From: Clostridiales bacterium
GTDB taxonomy: Bacteria > Bacillota > Clostridia > Christensenellales > Borkfalkiaceae
DNA length: 64,000 bases
Assembly (NCBI GenBank): GCA_015069365.1
Contig: SVIT01000002.1
Span: forward strand, 1,235-65,234
Reading direction: 5' to 3'
The notes under the pieces were generated by a model. The model was not told the DNA's origin. It made no database searches and saw nothing but the letters and a program-made list of their open reading frames with translations. The translations under genes were made by a program, and so were the position numbers. Positions 59,710-64,000 of this stretch are shown piece after piece. Position 1 is the first letter of the stretch. Every line of letters begins with the position of its first letter.

Positions 59710-61323
59710 ATGAAAAAGAAATTCGGATTGATTTCCGTGCTTGCTTGTCTGGGAATCGTTTGCCTTGCTGCAGGTTGCAGAGCTGACAACGAGCTGGAAG
59801 AATATCAACAAAAAGGTTACAATATTTCCGTCACGTATGATCCCAACGGCGGTTTGTTCACGGGGCGTACGGGGGTTTCGGTGATGGACTTATTCAATCC
59901 TTCAAAGAAAACGCCTGACGTAGACGGTAACGTACGTTTTCAATTGGTCGAACCTACCGATCCCAGCCGCCAAGCGGCTGGGTCGGAAGTGTCGCTGACA
60001 ATGTCGGGACATTTCTTTGCAGGGTGGTATCATACCCGTCATCTTGTGAAAGACGGCGATGGAAATCCTGTCGACGCGTCGGGAAAAGTGCTGGAAGAAA
60101 AAGACGGAAAGTATTATTACCTCGGCACTAGCGACGTTGCTGTACCTGCGTATACCTACGAAGGGTACTGGGATTTCGAGAAAGACTTGATTTATTCCAC
60201 GACGGAAGGCGCGCTTGATTGGGAATTTGAGGACGACCTTGTATACACCAACGACGACGGTATGTACAATCTTACGCTGTACGCTGGTTGGGTTCCCAAT
60301 TATATGTTTGAATATTATTATCAGGAAGAAGGCGGATCGGATTGGACGCTTCTTAGCACCTCGACGTTTAACTACAAGGCGACGAACGCGGAAAATTCTG
60401 CAACGCACGACTGGGATACGATTTGGCTGCCTGATTGGAAGGACGGGGCGATGAATCATACGTTCCGTTATGAAAACAAGGAAATCTATGAGTTCCCGAA
60501 GATCGACGGATATACGTTCGATAAAGCATATACCGATCAAGAATGTACGCAGGAAATCACGGGGACCACGTTCACGCATACAGGTTCTTTAGACGTGGAA
60601 CACGGCGTAGCGGTTAATCCCGTGCAGAAGATTTATATCGTTGCGAAGAAAGGGGATTATTATAAGATTTCTAAAGCGGAAGAGCTGAGCAATAATCCTA
60701 ATCTGAAAGGTATTTATGAAATTACCGCTGATTTGGATTTCCAAAACGGAGCGATTAAATGGCCCGCAGCATTCACCGCAGGTGAATTCACTGGAAAATT
60801 CGTTTCCACGGCAGGCAACACTTTTAAGATTAAAAACGTAGTGGCAACGTTTGCGTCTACGCAGGCAACGGCAGGCGGCTTGTTCGGCAAGATCGGCGCG
60901 AGTGCAGTTGTGGAGAACGTAGTGTTTGAAAACGCAACGTTGAACCTGAACGGCGTATTCTATTCCAAGTCAGGCTTAGACGACGTTAATTACGGATTGT
61001 TTGCAGGCTGGATTGATGACAATGCTGCAATCGCGAACATCACGATCGGCGGCGCGATCCGTATCGGCGCGGCAAGCACTTGGAGAGACACCTATCGGTT
61101 GAGCCTTAGCGCAAACGGAAACGTGGATGGTCTTACGAAAACCGCGGTAAAGATATACGTCTACGGCGAATATCTTTGGGAAGAAGACGGCGTTGAATAC
61201 TACGACTATGCAGTAGACGAATCGACGGTAGTGGTAGAAAACGGCTACGTAAATTTTGCGTTGGTACCCAACTTGGATGCGGGTGAAAAGACGCAGGCGG
61301 AGTTCTATAAAGGCGAATATTAA
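59710..61323 (+). CDS. 537-aa lipoprotein with Listeria-Bacteroides-like repeats and a possible GLUG-type C-terminal domain
   Basis: AGAGGA SD, 21 nt after the subtilase stop. Lipobox LAAGC|R. YNISVTYDPNGG...GWYHT repeat. C-terminal GGLFGKIG...VVFENATLNL resembles the GLUG motif (low certainty). Confidence 0.65.
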   Translation: MKKKFGLISVLACLGIVCLAAGCRADNELEEYQQKGYNISVTYDPNGGLFTGRTGVSVMDLFNPSKKTPDVDGNVRFQLVEPTDPSRQAAGSEVSLTMSGHFFAGWYHTRHLVKDGDGNPVDASGKVLEEKDGKYYYLGTSDVAVPAYTYEGYWDFEKDLIYSTTEGALDWEFEDDLVYTNDDGMYNLTLYAGWVPNYMFEYYYQEEGGSDWTLLSTSTFNYKATNAENSATHDWDTIWLPDWKDGAMNHTFRYENKEIYEFPKIDGYTFDKAYTDQECTQEITGTTFTHTGSLDVEHGVAVNPVQKIYIVAKKGDYYKISKAEELSNNPNLKGIYEITADLDFQNGAIKWPAAFTAGEFTGKFVSTAGNTFKIKNVVATFASTQATAGGLFGKIGASAVVENVVFENATLNLNGVFYSKSGLDDVNYGLFAGWIDDNAAIANITIGGAIRIGAASTWRDTYRLSLSANGNVDGLTKTAVKIYVYGEYLWEEDGVEYYDYAVDESTVVVENGYVNFALVPNLDAGEKTQAEFYKGEY

Positions 61324-61350
61324 AAAATATATATAAACGGAGGCAGTAAA

Positions 61351-64000
61351 ATGAACAAGAAGAAGATCACCAGATTTTTCAACGTATTGCTGAGCGTGTT
61401 CATGTCCAGTTCCATTGTACTGGCAAGCGGATGTAGCGACGATAGTGATTCGAGCAGCGGCAACAATCCTGGTGGCAACACGACGAAAAAAGACAGTATC
61501 GTAATTATGACGGAAGAATTGAGCGGTTTGTTCAACCCGTTCTATGCAACTTCGGGTGCGGATATGGACGTTGTCGGCATGACGCAGATCGGCATGCTTG
61601 CTACGGATAGAGACGGTAACCCCGTTGCAGGTGAAGAGGAATCGACGGTTGTTCTTGATTTCGATTACGAAATTCAGAACGAAAACACGAACAACGCAAA
61701 GACGGTATATACGTTTGTCCTTAAAAACGGTTTGAAGTTCTCCGACGGCAAACCTTTGACGATGAATGACGTTATGTTCAACATCTACGAATATCTCGAT
61801 CCCGTATACACTGGTTCTTCCACTATGTACTCTATCGATATCGACGGTTTGTACGAATATAGATATCAGACGGAAAAGAGCGATCTTACCGACGCTAGCG
61901 AAGATATCTCCAAGAACGCGGCAACCTATGCAAACAACAGAATCCGCGAACTTAGACGTATTTACGAAACGGAAGGTAAAAAGAACACGGGTAGCGATTC
62001 TGCATTTAGCGCTACTGAAGAACAGATGAAAGCGGCGATTGCTGCAGTAACCAGCGTATCTTCCGGTTACAAGAGAGCTGTATCTGCAGAAACGCTTACG
62101 CTTGAAGAATACAAGGCGAAGTTGGCGGAAGATTATCAGTTCACCCTTGATACGTTCAAGAAAGAATTGCAGGCAGACTTCAAGGCTGCAAAAGAATCTT
62201 TTGACGTAACGACCGCGCCTTATAACGAATGGAAAGATTTGCTTGAAAACGACGTATTCAAGTTCTTCCTCTATGAAGGCCGTATCACGCCTAAATATGA
62301 GAAAGAAGAAGGTTCGGAAAGAGATAACAAGCTGAAGATCTTGGATTTCTACAATAAAGATCTTGCAAACAAGTACACTGAAGAAACGGCGATCGATCTT
62401 ATCTATAGAGATACGATTAAAACGGAATTTGACAGAGTACTTACGCAGTGGGGTACGGCAGGTACGCTCCTTACGCAATATACGGCAGACGCAACCTCCA
62501 TCCTTTTGCATAAGCAGGTTGGTTCCAACGGTATGGCATTCCCCTATATCAGAGGTGTAAAATCGCTTGGTCAACCCTATAACAATTCGGGTGAAGCGGC
62601 TCGTACCAAGGTTACGGTAAACGGTAAAGAATATAAAGTTGCAAACGAATACAATGCAGACGGTACGGTTAAGAACGAAAACGAATATGCAGTTCTTGAA
62701 ATCACGGTAAACGGTACCGATCCGAAAGCTATTTACAACTTCGGTTTCACCGTTGCTCCCGCACACTACTATACGGCAGACGAGGCTAATCCCAACGGTA
62801 GAGTAGTAGATATCGAAAATTGCAAATTCGGTGTAGAATGGTCGGACAGCACCTTCCAGAGCAAGACCATTCAATCTCAAAAACACGTAGAAGTTCCCGT
62901 GGGCGCAGGTCCTTTCATGGCAACCGACGACGATAATAATACCAATCCCGCAGGTAACAAGTTCTGGAACAGTAACATCGTATATTACAAGAGAAACGAT
63001 CACTTCATGTTCCCTGTAAAAGCGGCGAAGCTTCGTTTGCAAGTAGTTAGTTCAACGAATGCGCTCGACAAGCTTGAAAAGGGTGAAGTTGACTACGTAA
63101 CCCCTCAGTTCACGAAAGAAAACTCGAAGAAATTGAACGCAATGGAATCGAAAGGCTTTAAGGCTCTTGATTCTTGGCAGCTCGGTTACGGTTATATCGG
63201 TATCAACGCAGGTAAGGTAGAAAACGTATGGATTCGCCGTGCAATTATGGCGGCAATGCAGACGGAGCTTGCTTGCGACTACTATGAACCCAACACCTGT
63301 CAGCAGATTGACTGGCCTATGTCTTTGGTAAGCTGGGGCTATCCTAGAGAACAAGACGGTGAAACGCCGAAGGGAAGTCCTGTTGCTTGGACGCAATGGA
63401 CTGGCGTAGAAGCTGCGAAGACTAAGATTAATCAGTACGTTGCAAATGCGGCGCAGGAACTCGGCGGAACGCCTAACTTGAAGTACACCTTCACGATTGC
63501 AGGCGCATCCATCACTGAACACCCCACGTATGCAGTATTTAAGCAGGCGGCGGAAATCCTCAACTCTTGCGGTTGGGACGTAGAAGTAAAAGCTGACTCT
63601 CAGGCACTTACCAAGCTTTCGACCGGTGCTTTGCAAGTTTGGGCAGCGGCTTGGGGTTCAACCATCGATCCCGATATGTATCAGGTATATCACAAAGATT
63701 CTAAGGCAACCTCCGTATATGCATGGGGTTACCGTGAAATCAAGGCGGATACGACCAAGTATTCTTATGAATACGATCTTATCAGCAAAGAATTGAGCCC
63801 GTTGATCGACGATGCACGCTCAATCATGGATCAGGCAACGAGAAAGCCTATGTACGAACAGGCAATGAAGCACGTGTTGAACTTGGCTATCGAAATGCCC
63901 GTATATCAGAGAAAGACGTTGTATGCTTACAATCAGAACACGTTGAAAGGCTTGAACGACAACGTTAACCCTTACTCTTCGCCTCTTGAAAAGCTTTGGG
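61351..64000 (+). CDS. Family-5 (OppA/DppA-like) ABC transporter solute-binding lipoprotein, 3'-truncated by the window end
   Basis: Absent from the ORF track because no stop is reached. ACGGAGG SD, ATG 61351. My translation is MNKKKITRFFNVLLSVFMSSSIVLASGC|SDDSDSS..., followed by LFNPFYATSGADMDVVGMTQIGML and FVLKNGLKFSDGKPLTMNDVMFNI, typical of SBP_bac_5. The frame stays open to position 64000. Confidence 0.75.
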   Translation, partial: MNKKKITRFFNVLLSVFMSSSIVLASGCSDDSDSSSGNNPGGNTTKKDSIVIMTEELSGLFNPFYATSGADMDVVGMTQIGMLATDRDGNPVAGEEESTVVLDFDYEIQNENTNNAKTVYTFVLKNGLKFSDGKPLTMNDVMFNIYEYLDPVYTGSSTMYSIDIDGLYEYRYQTEKSDLTDASEDISKNAATYANNRIRELRRIYETEGKKNTGSDSAFSATEEQMKAAIAAVTSVSSGYKRAVSAETLTLEEYKAKLAEDYQFTLDTFKKELQADFKAAKESFDVTTAPYNEWKDLLENDVFKFFLYEGRITPKYEKEEGSERDNKLKILDFYNKDLANKYTEETAIDLIYRDTIKTEFDRVLTQWGTAGTLLTQYTADATSILLHKQVGSNGMAFPYIRGVKSLGQPYNNSGEAARTKVTVNGKEYKVANEYNADGTVKNENEYAVLEITVNGTDPKAIYNFGFTVAPAHYYTADEANPNGRVVDIENCKFGVEWSDSTFQSKTIQSQKHVEVPVGAGPFMATDDDNNTNPAGNKFWNSNIVYYKRNDHFMFPVKAAKLRLQVVSSTNALDKLEKGEVDYVTPQFTKENSKKLNAMESKGFKALDSWQLGYGYIGINAGKVENVWIRRAIMAAMQTELACDYYEPNTCQQIDWPMSLVSWGYPREQDGETPKGSPVAWTQWTGVEAAKTKINQYVANAAQELGGTPNLKYTFTIAGASITEHPTYAVFKQAAEILNSCGWDVEVKADSQALTKLSTGALQVWAAAWGSTIDPDMYQVYHKDSKATSVYAWGYREIKADTTKYSYEYDLISKELSPLIDDARSIMDQATRKPMYEQAMKHVLNLAIEMPVYQRKTLYAYNQNTLKGLNDNVNPYSSPLEKLW

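Noticed and set aside
56893-63636. Minus-strand ORFs 56893..58116, 58714..59811, 60976..63042 (688 aa) and 63052..63636.
   Set aside because: The same mirror-frame artefact. 60976..63042 is codon-aligned with both the 59710 and 61351 plus-strand genes. The real gene at 61351 is missing from the track only because it has no stop inside the window.

Overview
This 64-kb chromosomal segment looks like a spore-forming Firmicute (Clostridia-like), based on sigH, cwlD, spoVAC, spoVAD, mini-RNase III and rpsF-ssb-rpsR. I support 38 protein genes. I saw no rRNA, tRNA, CRISPR array, transposase or integrase. Positions 1-26.3 kb are mostly conserved housekeeping genes: rpsF-ssb-rpsR, recX, birA, nnr, nadD-yqeK fusion, rsfS, cwlD, mrnC-rlmB-sigH, dnaX-ybaB-recR, gpsA, and spoVAC / Na-Pi transporter / spoVAD. 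Positions 26.4-64 kb form a co-oriented accessory block of six consecutive predicted lipoproteins (2846, 949, 1759 and 2548 aa, a 537-aa protein, and a partial family-5 solute-binding protein). They are built from Listeria-Bacteroides (InlB B-type) repeats, Fn3-like modules and very long BspA-type leucine-rich-repeat arrays, and one is fused to an S8 subtilase. This block surrounds a tightly packed five-gene MoxR AAA+ / DUF58 / vWA operon. Main hunting results: (1) this LRR-lipoprotein / MoxR-vWA / subtilase / OppA-like block is a candidate surface adhesion and protein-foraging system. (2) A strand-specific ~13-22 nt repeat family (core GGGGCAGGTATG, six exact copies) occurs in intergenic DNA, at real start codons, and inside coding regions in two different reading frames. 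(3) The spoVA locus is split, and spoVAD may be leaderless, with a forespore-type promoter sitting inside the upstream terminator. (4) There is a deoxyribonucleotidase / degenerate guanylate-kinase fusion behind a terminator-containing leader. (5) 63-bp direct repeats bracket a membrane-tethered XRE regulator. Most promoters I could recognise are extended -10 type (TGnTATAAT). Many long minus-strand ORFs in the track are codon-aligned mirror images of real plus-strand genes and were rejected. All functional calls come from motif recognition by eye; no database search or folding program was run.
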